The position numbers and the translations under genes are program-made. The notes below the pieces were generated by a model. That model made no database searches and was not told the origin of the DNA. It saw only the letters and a program-made list of their open reading frames with translations. This document shows, piece by piece, positions 8,359 through 16,986 of a stretch of 64,000 nt of DNA. Positions within the stretch are counted from its first letter, which is position 1; the number at the start of each line of letters is the position of its first letter. Origin of the DNA: an uncultured Myxococcales bacterium. Lineage in GTDB: Bacteria; Myxococcota; B64-G9. The stretch spans positions 43,235 to 107,234 of the forward strand of contig CAZLNM010000002.1 of assembly GCA_964561025.1 (NCBI GenBank), given 5' to 3'.

Positions 8359-9822
8359 ATGAGGCACCGCTGGTTGATGATGCTGGGACTCGGGCTTTCC
8401 CTGCTGGGAGGCTGCGCATACACCGCGGGCACGCCGCTCGACGTGGGCGAGCTGGGGTACACACCCTGTGACGGGCCCTATGCCTGCGGCGCCGGGCGCT
8501 ACTGCAACGAGCAGGGGTACTGCGCCGCCGACTGCCGCTCCAGCGCGGACTGCGCCCTGCTGGGCCCGGGAATGGTGTGCACCCTCTACGGGCAGTGCCG
8601 CCTGCCCGACGGCGAGCACGCCTGCGCTGCGCACGCCGATTGCGGCGAGAACCGCTACTGCAACGGTGCCTGCCGGCGCAGCGGCTCCGCCTGCGGCTCG
8701 ACCGCGGACTGCCCGTGGCACGAGCTCGACCCGGAGGACGTGTGCGAGGGGTTCTGCGGCGCCTTCTGCGGCAAGGACGACGACTGCCGCGCCTTCGGCG
8801 ACAACCTGGAGTGCACCCCGGCGGCCCAGTGCCTGAAGCCCGGCTGGGAAAAATGGATCCCGGCCGGGGAGCTCCCGCCCACCGAGTGCGTGTGGGATCC
8901 CCAGTGCAAGACGCTGGGCTGGGCCTTTGTCTGCGATTGCCCCAAGGAGATCGACCCGCGCACCGGACGATCGGTGTGCCAGGGCGGCGCGCGCAGCCGC
9001 TGCGTAAAGGACGATATCCCGCTCGACTTCGGCGCAGGGCCGGCGAGCAGCCCGGCGCACGCCTTCCGCGGGGTGTGGGGCATGCGCATGGAGATCGGCG
9101 TGGTCAGCGTGGGCGTGCCGCTGGTGAACCGGCAGAACACCTACTCCTCCAACCTGTTCTTGGTGCGCATCGATCACCGCGCCGGCGACACCCTGGAGAT
9201 CACCGAGAAGCTGTGCCAGCTCAACCTGCTCAACTTCGCCGAGGACGACCGGCCCTTCACCGACCTGGCCTGGATGGTGATCCCCTACCGCTACCTGCGG
9301 GCGCTGCCGTTGCTAACACGGCAGGTGACGCTGTCGTCGAGCGCCGCCGGCGCGCCCTGGGAGACCACCCGCTCGCTGGAGGTGCGCGGCGCTTTACTTG
9401 CGAATCCCGAGAGCGATCCGCTCCCCACCCGCCACGACTACGCCCAGGATCCGGCCGACGCGCGCATCTGGGACCAGGACGGCGACGGCCACCCGGGCAT
9501 GACCACGTTGATGGACGGGGTGCTGCGCGGCGAGATCTACAACGACCAGCGCTGGGCCGCCACCTACCACGGCCAGATCCTCGACGCCGACCACGTGCGG
9601 GGGCTGGCGGAGATCCAGAACGAGCAGCTCATCCTGTCGGCCGGCTCGCCCAACCTGATCTACGACACCAGCACCGAGATCCACGCCCAGGCCGATCGCA
9701 CCTACTTCCGCCTGATGCGCCTCGCGGACGACGCCTCCTGCGCCAACCTCATCCGCGAGGCCGCGCGCGAGTCGTCCTGGCTGCGACACACCCCCCACCT
9801 GATGGACGTGCCGGATCCCTGA
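8359..9822 (+). CDS. Cys-rich lipoprotein, unknown function
   Basis: GGGAGGA SD. Lipobox LSLLGGC. N-terminal third has repeated C..DC..G.YC modules, followed by a C-terminal domain of about 280 aa with no recognisable motif. Confidence 0.7.
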   Translation: MRHRWLMMLGLGLSLLGGCAYTAGTPLDVGELGYTPCDGPYACGAGRYCNEQGYCAADCRSSADCALLGPGMVCTLYGQCRLPDGEHACAAHADCGENRYCNGACRRSGSACGSTADCPWHELDPEDVCEGFCGAFCGKDDDCRAFGDNLECTPAAQCLKPGWEKWIPAGELPPTECVWDPQCKTLGWAFVCDCPKEIDPRTGRSVCQGGARSRCVKDDIPLDFGAGPASSPAHAFRGVWGMRMEIGVVSVGVPLVNRQNTYSSNLFLVRIDHRAGDTLEITEKLCQLNLLNFAEDDRPFTDLAWMVIPYRYLRALPLLTRQVTLSSSAAGAPWETTRSLEVRGALLANPESDPLPTRHDYAQDPADARIWDQDGDGHPGMTTLMDGVLRGEIYNDQRWAATYHGQILDADHVRGLAEIQNEQLILSAGSPNLIYDTSTEIHAQADRTYFRLMRLADDASCANLIREAARESSWLRHTPHLMDVPDP

Positions 9823-9828
9823 GGGTGG

Positions 9829-10440
9829 TCAGCCGGGTTGGGCGAAGGCGAAGGACACCGTGGCCGCGGCCAGGATCTTGGCGTAGCTCGAGTACAGGGC
9901 GGCGGGCGCCGAGCCGGCCATGACGAACATGCGGTTCCCGCGCAAAAAGAAGGTGAGCCGCACCCGGTAGCCGCCGGCGGCCTGCACCAGCGCGTCGAAC
10001 ACCGTCCGCCCCGAGAACTTTCCCGTCTGGAACAGGAGGAGCTGGAGCTCGTTTCGCTGGATGTACCCCCGGGCCCAGTCCTCGAGGACCGTGCCCTGGG
10101 GCACCCGCAGGAAAGCCACCTCGATAGTGACGGTCTTGTCTGGGGAGCGGGCCAGGGCCACCGGCACCGGCACCTTGTCGTCGTTCTTGAGGTGGGTGGG
10201 CGTCAGCGTGATGGGCTCGCTCACCCACTCGCGGGGCGTAAGGAAGTAGAAGGCGAGGTCGGGCTGGCCCAGCGGCAAGAACTCGAGGCGCACGAAGTCG
10301 CGCTTTATCTCCTCGGGCGTGACCACGTCGTAGGTCGGCAGATCGCGGAAGGGATCCTCGGCCCCGGGGCCGGCGCCGCCGTCGCCCGGAGCGAAGCACA
10401 CCATGCTGGACAGGAGGATGGACATCGTCGCCGGGTACAT
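9829..10440 (-). CDS. Hypothetical exported protein, paralogue of the N-terminal domain of the upstream gene
   Basis: Start lies 2 nt after the upstream stop. Shares TPEEIK, IEV...VP, DW and GSA.A.Y...A.I...A.VSF blocks with 10443-11648. Confidence 0.65.
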   Translation of the reverse strand: MYPATMSILLSSMVCFAPGDGGAGPGAEDPFRDLPTYDVVTPEEIKRDFVRLEFLPLGQPDLAFYFLTPREWVSEPITLTPTHLKNDDKVPVPVALARSPDKTVTIEVAFLRVPQGTVLEDWARGYIQRNELQLLLFQTGKFSGRTVFDALVQAAGGYRVRLTFFLRGNRMFVMAGSAPAALYSSYAKILAAATVSFAFAQPG

Positions 10441-10442
10441 GC

Positions 10443-11648
10443 TCAGGGGACCAGTGGGGCCTCGCGCTTTACGCTGCGGGCCAGAATGTCGGCGGCGGCG
10501 AGCTCGAACACCCGCCAGGTCGTCATCCAGGCCAAAGGGTTGCCCTTGCGGTCCGGCATGAGCGCCCCCAGCGCGTAGTAGGCGGTGGCGTTCTGGTACA
10601 CCAGCACGGCCAGCTCGCCCGGCACTCCACCCTGGCTGGCGCGGAACACCTCGATCTTGGCCAGCGGCGCGTCCTGCTTGGGGTCGAGATCGGCGGAGCG
10701 GATGCGCTCGCCGATGTTCACGCCGGCCTTCTCGAAGTCACCGCGCAGCTTCTTCTGTACGATGCCGGGATCCTCGGTGGGGCTTTTCAGCGTCGCCTTG
10801 ACGTGGAGGAAGCCCACCGTCTTCTCCCCGGCCAAAAGCAGGACGTCCACGCCCACCTTGCCGGCGGGCAGATCGGAGGGCTCCTTCTTGTCCCACGACT
10901 CCGGGTAGCGGAACTCCAGGTGCGGGGGCCCCGGGTTCACGAACAGCGTCATGGGCTCGGCGAACTCCTCCGCGGCCGCCTTGGGGGTGAAGGAGACCGC
11001 CGCCAGACCGAAGATGCGGGCGTTCTCGTTGTAGAAATCGGCCAGCGCCGAGCCCACCACCAGGAAGATCTTGTCGCCGTGCCGCGAGAAGGTGAAGCGG
11101 GCCACGTAGTCGTCCTTGCCCATCTGCAGCACCCGCACCACCGCCTCGTCCACCGGGCGTCCGTTATACACGCCGGGCCGGCGCAGCAGAGGTTTCAGCG
11201 AGGCGCCTTCCAGGTAGAAGGTCACCCAGTCGGAGAGGTCGACCTCGATGGGCACCTTGATGTAGCGCACCTCGATGGAGGCGTGGCCGTCGCGGTCCTC
11301 CGGCGCCTGCTGGCGGGTGAGCGGCACGAAGTCGGCCTCCGGGTTCTCGGCCAGCGCCCGGGGCACTTTCACCGGGATGTCGCGCCAGTCGTTGGGCACG
11401 AGCAGCGACAGCGCCAGGTCCTCCCGCCCGAAGGGGGTGGTGGAGAGGTTGGAAAAGCCTTTCTTGATTTCCTCAGGGGTGTAGAGCTTGTCGAACGGCG
11501 CCAGGTTGTCCATGTCGAGCGGTGTTCCTTTCTTGCAGCCGGGCAAGGCCAGCACAAGGCACGCGCCGAGGAGCGACACGCTAAAGAAGTATCGAGGAGG
11601 CCTCGCGGCCGCCGCCATTTGTTCAGGGCTGGTTCGTCGAGTCATCAT
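10443..11648 (-). CDS. Two-domain lipoprotein, unknown function
   Basis: Lipobox LVLALPGC. Start taken as ATGATG at 11643-11648 next to GGAGGG, though the exact start is uncertain (11618 is also possible). Confidence 0.65.
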   Translation of the reverse strand: MMTRRTSPEQMAAAARPPRYFFSVSLLGACLVLALPGCKKGTPLDMDNLAPFDKLYTPEEIKKGFSNLSTTPFGREDLALSLLVPNDWRDIPVKVPRALAENPEADFVPLTRQQAPEDRDGHASIEVRYIKVPIEVDLSDWVTFYLEGASLKPLLRRPGVYNGRPVDEAVVRVLQMGKDDYVARFTFSRHGDKIFLVVGSALADFYNENARIFGLAAVSFTPKAAAEEFAEPMTLFVNPGPPHLEFRYPESWDKKEPSDLPAGKVGVDVLLLAGEKTVGFLHVKATLKSPTEDPGIVQKKLRGDFEKAGVNIGERIRSADLDPKQDAPLAKIEVFRASQGGVPGELAVLVYQNATAYYALGALMPDRKGNPLAWMTTWRVFELAAADILARSVKREAPLVP

Positions 11649-11784
11649 CCCTCCTGAGAAGAGCCGCACGCCCCGCCACGTTGGCACTTCACGAATCCAA
11701 AATCAAGTCACTCCGCTCCGCGCGCGCCGACACGGAGAGCGCCGTGCAACCAATGCGCGTCGCGCGAGACGATGGGTGGAGGTG

Positions 11785-11812
11785 GGGAGAAAGGCCGTGG
11801 CTTGCCCGGCCT
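11785..11812 (-). terminator. Weak hairpin (AGGCCG-9 nt-CGGCCT) followed by TTCTCCCC on the minus strand, overlapping the Flp-like gene stop
   Basis: Read directly. Short stem and poor U-tract. Confidence 0.2.
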
Positions 11813-12941
11813 AGTCGAAGCTGATGCCGATGTTCAACTTGAAGCCAGCGCCCAGGCCGAGCGTGCCCTTGGCCCCGGCGCTGAACTTGATGCCCTTCGA
11901 GTTCGCCTGCGCGGTGAGGTTGCCCTTGATGCCGGCGCCTACCTGGCCCGAGGCCTCGCCGCCGAGCGAGACCTTCCAGCCCAGGCCGGGGATGCGGAAG
12001 CCGACCTCGCCGCCCACCTTGCCCTCGACCAGGTTGGCCTCGGCGCCGCCTTCGACCTTGGCGTTGACGCCGGTCTTGCCAACGGTGACGGAGGCATCCA
12101 CGTTGGCCCCGGCGGTGAGCACCCGCCCCTGGGCTTCCCCCTTGCCGTAGGCGCCGTTCTTTTCGTCCCCGATGGTCCCAGACAGGTTTCCCTCCACCGC
12201 TGTCACGCGCGCGTTGGCGCTGAAGTTGCCGGACACCTCGCCCTTCTTGGGGTCGTACTTGCCGGCCACGGTGGCGCCGTAGTCCAGCGCTCCGAAACGG
12301 ATGTTGTTGTCGTCGTTCCCGATGCGCGCCAGCTGCTCCTTGCCTTTCAGCAGATCCTTGCTCACCGAGAGCTCGACGTCCGGGCCCTTCTTGGGCGCCT
12401 CGCCGGGCTCGGGGTTCTCGTTGCCCCAGGTCTTCTCCTTGCGAAGACCCTTGTCCTTCAGAGCCGAATCGTATTTCCAGGCGACCTCGCCGGAGCCCTT
12501 CCAGGAATTGCTATCCCCTTTCTGGCCGCCCTGCCCGCCGCTCGAGGTGATGGCAGAACTACTGGAACCGAGCCCGCTCCCCGAGCCGCTGCCGGAACCG
12601 CTGCCGGAGCCGCTTCCGGAACCGCTCCCCGACCCGCTGCCGGAGCCGCTGCCCGAGCCGGAGGACGCCACCCCGCCGCCGGCCCCGCCCGCGCCGGTGC
12701 AGTCCACGCCACCCTTCAGGTTGTAGTGGCAGGGGATCTTGGCGTCCTTGGTGGCCACCTGGACCTGCTCGTTGCCGGCGAGCGCGTTGGCCTCGGCGCC
12801 GAAGAGGGCCCGGATGTTGTCACCGAAGAACATGACGACCAGAATGGATGAGATGGCGATGAGCACCACGATGATGATGTACTCGGTCTTGCCCGCGCCG
12901 CGGGAGCCGCGCAGCCACTGCCAGACCTTCGCTCGGGACAT
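11811..12941 (-). CDS. Flp/Fap prepilin-like N-terminus fused through a (GS)n linker to a Gly/Ala/Val-rich beta-repeat domain of about 230 aa
   Basis: Start trimmed to ATG 12941 (GGAGGTG SD, 5-nt spacer). N-terminus WLRGSRG/AGKTEYIIIVVLIAISSILVV matches the Flp G/XXXXEY processing signature plus a hydrophobic helix. Confidence 0.7.
   Translation of the reverse strand: MSRAKVWQWLRGSRGAGKTEYIIIVVLIAISSILVVMFFGDNIRALFGAEANALAGNEQVQVATKDAKIPCHYNLKGGVDCTGAGGAGGGVASSGSGSGSGSGSGSGSGSGSGSGSGSGSGSGLGSSSSAITSSGGQGGQKGDSNSWKGSGEVAWKYDSALKDKGLRKEKTWGNENPEPGEAPKKGPDVELSVSKDLLKGKEQLARIGNDDNNIRFGALDYGATVAGKYDPKKGEVSGNFSANARVTAVEGNLSGTIGDEKNGAYGKGEAQGRVLTAGANVDASVTVGKTGVNAKVEGGAEANLVEGKVGGEVGFRIPGLGWKVSLGGEASGQVGAGIKGNLTAQANSKGIKFSAGAKGTLGLGAGFKLNIGISFD
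12570..12666. repeat. Low-complexity GGN/AGC-type repeat encoding about 16 Gly-Ser dipeptides
   Basis: Plus-strand runs of gagccgctgccggaaccgct and similar. Lies inside CDS 11811-12941. Confidence 0.85.
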
Positions 12942-12959
12942 GGGACACCTCCAAAAGAA

Positions 12960-13015
12960 GGTGGATAAAAAAACCCCAACAATGCCAAATATGCCACAAA
13001 TGGCGAAAATCCACC
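12960..13015. promoter_or_regulatory. AT-rich divergent control region: 7-bp inverted repeat (GGTGGAT...ATCCACC) enclosing phased A-tracts
   Basis: ggtggatAAAAAAAccccaacaatgccAAAtatgccacAAAtggcgAAAAtccacc. A-tracts recur roughly every 9-10 bp, between the Flp-like gene (minus strand) and tag (plus strand). Confidence 0.4.
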
Positions 13016-13083
13016 AATCGGTCAACTGGCCGATGGGGGCTTTTCACCTTGAACTTCTCCTCCTCTCGGCCTATTCTCCGCGC

Positions 13084-13677
13084 ATGCCTCGAGAACCGGT
13101 TCGCTGCGGTTGGTGCCTGGGGAAGAAGACACCCGACCCGCTCATGGTGGCCTACCACGACACCGAGTGGGGGGTGCCCGTCCACGATGATGAAAAACTG
13201 TTCGAATTCCTTGTGTTGGAGTCGATGCAGGCGGGTCTGAGCTGGGCGATCGTGCTGCGGAAGCGGGAGAACCTTCGGCGGGCCTTCGCGGCCTTCGATC
13301 CCGTGGCCGTCGCCCGTTTCGGGGCAAAGGACATCGAGCGCCTGTGCGCGGACCCCGGCATCATCCGAAATCGCGCGAAAATTCAAGCCGTTGTAAAGAA
13401 CGCCCGGGCCTTTCTTGCGGTGCGCGAGGAGTTGGGCTCCTTCGACCGCTACATCTGGGGGTTCGTGGACGGGCGTCCCATCCGGCATTCCATCCGCAGG
13501 CTTTGCGATCTTCCGGCTCGTTCGCCCGAGTCGGACCGCATCGCCGCCGACATGAAACGGCGCGGCTTTTCGTTCATGGGTTCGACCATCGTCTACGCCC
13601 ACATGCAGGCGACGGGCATGGTCAACGATCACCTGGTGCAGTGCTTCCGCTACCGACAGGTGGCCGGCAAGCGGTGA
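13084..13677 (+). CDS. tag: DNA-3-methyladenine glycosylase I
   Basis: Start trimmed to ATG 13084. RCGWC...DPLMVAYHDTEWGVP, LESMQAGLSW, IIRNRAKI and GMVNDH are Tag hallmarks. Confidence 0.9.
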   Translation: MPREPVRCGWCLGKKTPDPLMVAYHDTEWGVPVHDDEKLFEFLVLESMQAGLSWAIVLRKRENLRRAFAAFDPVAVARFGAKDIERLCADPGIIRNRAKIQAVVKNARAFLAVREELGSFDRYIWGFVDGRPIRHSIRRLCDLPARSPESDRIAADMKRRGFSFMGSTIVYAHMQATGMVNDHLVQCFRYRQVAGKR

Positions 13678-13693
13678 GCATTCGGGAGGAGTC

Positions 13694-15358
13694 ATGAGGA
13701 TGCCGCTCATTCTTTCCCTGCTGTGCATGGCGTTGCTGGTCGCCTTCGCGGCGTTCGCCGAAGACGATCCCAACTTCGACGTCCGTGACCTGGCCGCCCG
13801 CTCGGCGAAGTTCGGCAAGTTCTCGGCCGTGGTGAACATCAAGCGGCTGCCGCCCTCCGAGCAGGCCGCCCTGCGAAAGCTTCTGGAGATCGGCCCGCTG
13901 GTGGACGACATCTTCTGGCGGCAGAACACGCCCGAGGGCCGCGCGGTGCTGGACGAGACCAAGAACTTCGTGGTGCCCAAGGATCTCATCCGCCTGCTCA
14001 CCATCCACTACGGCCGCTACGACCGCACCGACGACGACCGGGCCTTCTTCGGGGCGCAGGGAAAGAAGTTCGCCGGCGCGGGGTTCTACCCGTACGACGT
14101 CACCCGCGAGGAGATAGAGAAATATCTGGCCGATCAGCCGGAGCGGCGCGCCGAGATCCTGGGGAGTTTCAGCGTCGTCCAGCGCGCCGGGGATGGCTTC
14201 GCCGTGACTCCCTACCATCAAGCGTACTCGGAAACCGTCGAGCGCCTGGCCAAGGTGCTGGAGGAGGCGGCGGCGCTCACCCGCAACGAGTCGCTGGCGC
14301 GCTTCCTCTCGCTGCGATCAGCCGCCCTGCGCTCCGACGACTACTTCGAGTCGGACATGGCCTGGCTGGACGTGCGCGACAGCGTCATCGACGTGGTGGT
14401 GGCGCCCTACGAGACCTACGACGACGGGTTGTTCGGCGCCAAGGCGAGCTACGAGGGCCTGGTGCTGCTGAGCGACGCGGAGGCGACGCGCAAGCTGGCT
14501 TCCTTCCAGGAACTCGCCCTGGAGCTCGAGCGCAACCTGCCGGTGGCAGACAATTTCAAGAAGCAGCAGGTGGGCGCGGCCTCGCCCATCGGGGTGTACG
14601 ACGTGGTGCAGGCCAGCGGCGGCGCCAACGCCGGCGTCAAGTCCATCGCCGCCTCGTTGCCCAACGACGAGCGGGTGCGCGAGCAGAAGGGCGCCAAGAC
14701 CCTGATGTTCCGCAACGTGGCCAAGGCCAAGTTCGACACCATCCTGCTGCCCATCGCCCGGGTCCTCATCGACCGGCGGCAGCTTGCGCTGGTGCGCTTC
14801 GAGGCGTTCTTCCAGCACACCTTGCTCCACGAGCTGGCCCACCCGCTGGGCGCCAACTTCGTGATGGCCGACGGCAAACCCACCGCGGTCTCGGTGCGCG
14901 AATCTCTCAAGGATCGCTACGCGGCGATCGAGGAGTGCAAGGCTGACGTGCTGGGATTGTACAACCTGCGCTTTTTTATGGAGCGGGGCCTCATCGACAA
15001 GAAGATGGAGGCGCCGGCCTACCTGACCCAGGTGGCCAGCCTGTACCGCGCCATCCGCTTCGGCGCCGGCGAGGCCCACGGCCAGGCCAACGTGCTCCAG
15101 TGGAACTTCTTGCGCGCCAGGAAGGCGCTCCTCTTCGACCCGCGTAGCGGCAAGACCCGGGTGGACGTGGAGAAGATGCGCGCGGCGCTGCGGGAGCTCG
15201 CCGAGCGCCTGCTCACCATCGAAGCCACCGGCGACTACGCCGCGGCGGGCGCGCTGCTCGAGGAGATGGGCCGCATGCCGCCGGAGCTCTCCAAGGCCCT
15301 CTCCCGCCTGTCCAAGATCCCCACCGACGTCGAGCTCGCCATCCAGGTCAAGCCCTAG
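13694..15358 (+). CDS. Secreted M49 (dipeptidyl-peptidase III)-like zinc hydrolase
   Basis: GGGAGGAG SD and signal peptide. LLHELAHPLG (HExxH) and IEECKADVLGLY (EExK/RAD/E second zinc motif) at M49-like spacing. Confidence 0.65.
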   Translation: MRMPLILSLLCMALLVAFAAFAEDDPNFDVRDLAARSAKFGKFSAVVNIKRLPPSEQAALRKLLEIGPLVDDIFWRQNTPEGRAVLDETKNFVVPKDLIRLLTIHYGRYDRTDDDRAFFGAQGKKFAGAGFYPYDVTREEIEKYLADQPERRAEILGSFSVVQRAGDGFAVTPYHQAYSETVERLAKVLEEAAALTRNESLARFLSLRSAALRSDDYFESDMAWLDVRDSVIDVVVAPYETYDDGLFGAKASYEGLVLLSDAEATRKLASFQELALELERNLPVADNFKKQQVGAASPIGVYDVVQASGGANAGVKSIAASLPNDERVREQKGAKTLMFRNVAKAKFDTILLPIARVLIDRRQLALVRFEAFFQHTLLHELAHPLGANFVMADGKPTAVSVRESLKDRYAAIEECKADVLGLYNLRFFMERGLIDKKMEAPAYLTQVASLYRAIRFGAGEAHGQANVLQWNFLRARKALLFDPRSGKTRVDVEKMRAALRELAERLLTIEATGDYAAAGALLEEMGRMPPELSKALSRLSKIPTDVELAIQVKP

Positions 15359-16794
15359 AAGGCGTTCCACAGATGCTGGTTGGTGACCTCGTGGTGGAAC
15401 AGGATCTCGCCGGTCTTGATGATGCCGCCCAGGTTGCGCGGGCAGCGGTCGGCCGCCGCCTGCTTCAGCTCGGCGTAGCGGCGCTGGTGCTCCACGCCCA
15501 GGAATTCGCTCACCCAGCGGCTCTGGCGAAACAGGTCGATGGCCCGCTGGATGTTGTCCGGCAGCTTGCGCTCCCGCGAGGCGCGGTCCGCGGCGTCCTT
15601 GATGCAGCACGGGCCCTCCAGGCCGGTCCGGAGCAACGCCAGCGCCGTCAGGTAGGGGTTGGCGTCCGGCCCCACCGAGCGCACCTCGATTCGGGCGCTC
15701 TTCTCGTTCGCCGCCGGGATGCGGATCATGGCCGAGCGGTCCACCGCCGAGGCGCGGATCTCGTTGGGGGCCTCGAAGCGCGGGTCCAGCCGGCGGTAGG
15801 CGTTCACGCTGGAGTTGAACACCAGGCACAGCTCCAGCGCCGAGGACAGGATGCGGTCCACCACCCCCCAGGCGAATTCCGACAGGCGATCCTTGTGCGT
15901 GCCGTCGAAGAACAAGTTGCGCCCGTCCTGTGACAGCGACAGGTTGACGTGCATGCCGCTGCCGTTCACCCCGGTGAGCGGCTTGGGCAGGAACGAGGCG
16001 GTGCAGCCCATGTGGGCGGCGATCTGGCGCGCCAGCAGCTTGTAGAGCTGGATCTGATCGCAGGCCACCAGCGCGTCGGTGTGGCCGTAGTTCAGCTCGA
16101 ACTGGGCCGGGGCCACCTCGGGGTGATCCTTCTCGTTCTCGAAGCCCAGCGCGCGCTGGGCCTCGGCGAAGCGATCGATGAAGATCTTGAGCGGCGCCAT
16201 GGGCAGCGAGTTGAAGTAGCCGCCCTCGGAGACGAACTGGAACCCCTCGCGCGAGGTGTAGCGCTGCTCGGCGTCGATGCCGGTGAAGAGGAAGCCCTCG
16301 ATCTCCACCGCCAGGTTGGTGGACATGCCGCGCTCGCGCAGCAGCGCGTCGTTGACCTCGCGCAGGCGGTTGCGCATGTCGGCAGGGTACGGCCGATCGT
16401 CGAGGCCGAACACCTGCCCGAACACCAGCACCTTGCCGGGGCCGAACACGTCGCTGGGCAGCCAGCGGAACGAGGCCCAGTCCGGCCGCAGCCGAAGATC
16501 GCTCTCCGCCTGCGCCGCGAACCCGCGGATGCTCGAACCGTCGAAGGTCAGGCTGTGGTGGGAGCGCAGCAAGAACTTCTTGTCGTAGTCCAGCATGTGG
16601 AAGCGCCCCTCGAGGTCGGAGAAGGCCACCGTCACCGCCTTCAGCGCCCGCTCGTCGGTCAGGTAGCGCAGGTAGTGCTCCTCCAGCGCGCCGGGGTCCT
16701 CGCGCGTGAGCATGCGCCGTTTGGCCTCCAGGTTGAGCTCCTCCAGCTCCTCGTAGGGGATCTCCTTGAAGTTCTTGATCCGGATCTCGCTCAC
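15355..16794 (-). CDS. Glutamine synthetase family protein (GlnA-like)
   Basis: Start trimmed to GTG 16794 (AGGAGG SD, 5-6 nt spacer). Motifs NGSGMHVNLSL, NAYRRL and DRSAMIRIP. Confidence 0.8.
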   Translation of the reverse strand: MSEIRIKNFKEIPYEELEELNLEAKRRMLTREDPGALEEHYLRYLTDERALKAVTVAFSDLEGRFHMLDYDKKFLLRSHHSLTFDGSSIRGFAAQAESDLRLRPDWASFRWLPSDVFGPGKVLVFGQVFGLDDRPYPADMRNRLREVNDALLRERGMSTNLAVEIEGFLFTGIDAEQRYTSREGFQFVSEGGYFNSLPMAPLKIFIDRFAEAQRALGFENEKDHPEVAPAQFELNYGHTDALVACDQIQLYKLLARQIAAHMGCTASFLPKPLTGVNGSGMHVNLSLSQDGRNLFFDGTHKDRLSEFAWGVVDRILSSALELCLVFNSSVNAYRRLDPRFEAPNEIRASAVDRSAMIRIPAANEKSARIEVRSVGPDANPYLTALALLRTGLEGPCCIKDAADRASRERKLPDNIQRAIDLFRQSRWVSEFLGVEHQRRYAELKQAAADRCPRNLGGIIKTGEILFHHEVTNQHLWNAF

Positions 16795-16908
16795 GGTTCC
16801 CTCCTGCCGAGTTTCATCGCTCCAGGTTCGCGCCAGCGACCCCGCGGGCGCCGGGGCCCCGCGGTCGGTCGCGCGCTGGGCCACTCCCTCGGCGCTTGGC
16901 GCGCACAG

Positions 16909-16937
16909 TTGCACATCTTGCCGCCCGAGTAAATAAT
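16909..16937 (+). promoter_or_regulatory. Candidate sigma70-like promoter TTGCAC-17 nt-AATAAT for the SDR gene
   Basis: Hexamers and spacing read directly, about 50 nt upstream of ATG 16987. Confidence 0.4.
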
Positions 16938-16986
16938 GCCGTGCGGCCTCGGGCGCCCCTTGCGCCGGCGCCGGGAAGGAGAACGC

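Noticed and set aside
12942-13025. The N-terminal extension of ORF 11811-13025 (MTDWWIFAICGIFGIVGVFLSTFFWRCP), and the upstream extension of ORF 12739-13677 in front of tag.
   Set aside because: Both run through the AT-rich intergenic region and lack an SD. The internal starts at 12941 (GGAGGTG SD) and 13084 (full-length Tag homology) explain the coding signal.
15355-15358. Convergent genes that overlap or nearly touch at their stops: M49/glnA-like share CTAG at 15355-15358, and eno and the OMP gene are 3 nt apart at 20712-20716.
   Set aside because: This is simple tight packing of convergent genes. There is no room for a terminator, and it implies no further structure.
16816-16837. A sigma54 promoter for the glnA-like gene. 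The minus strand reads TGGCGCGAACCTGGAGC.
   Set aside because: The -24 half is good (TGGCGC). At the -12 position the sequence is TGGA instead of TTGC, so it lacks the conserved GC.
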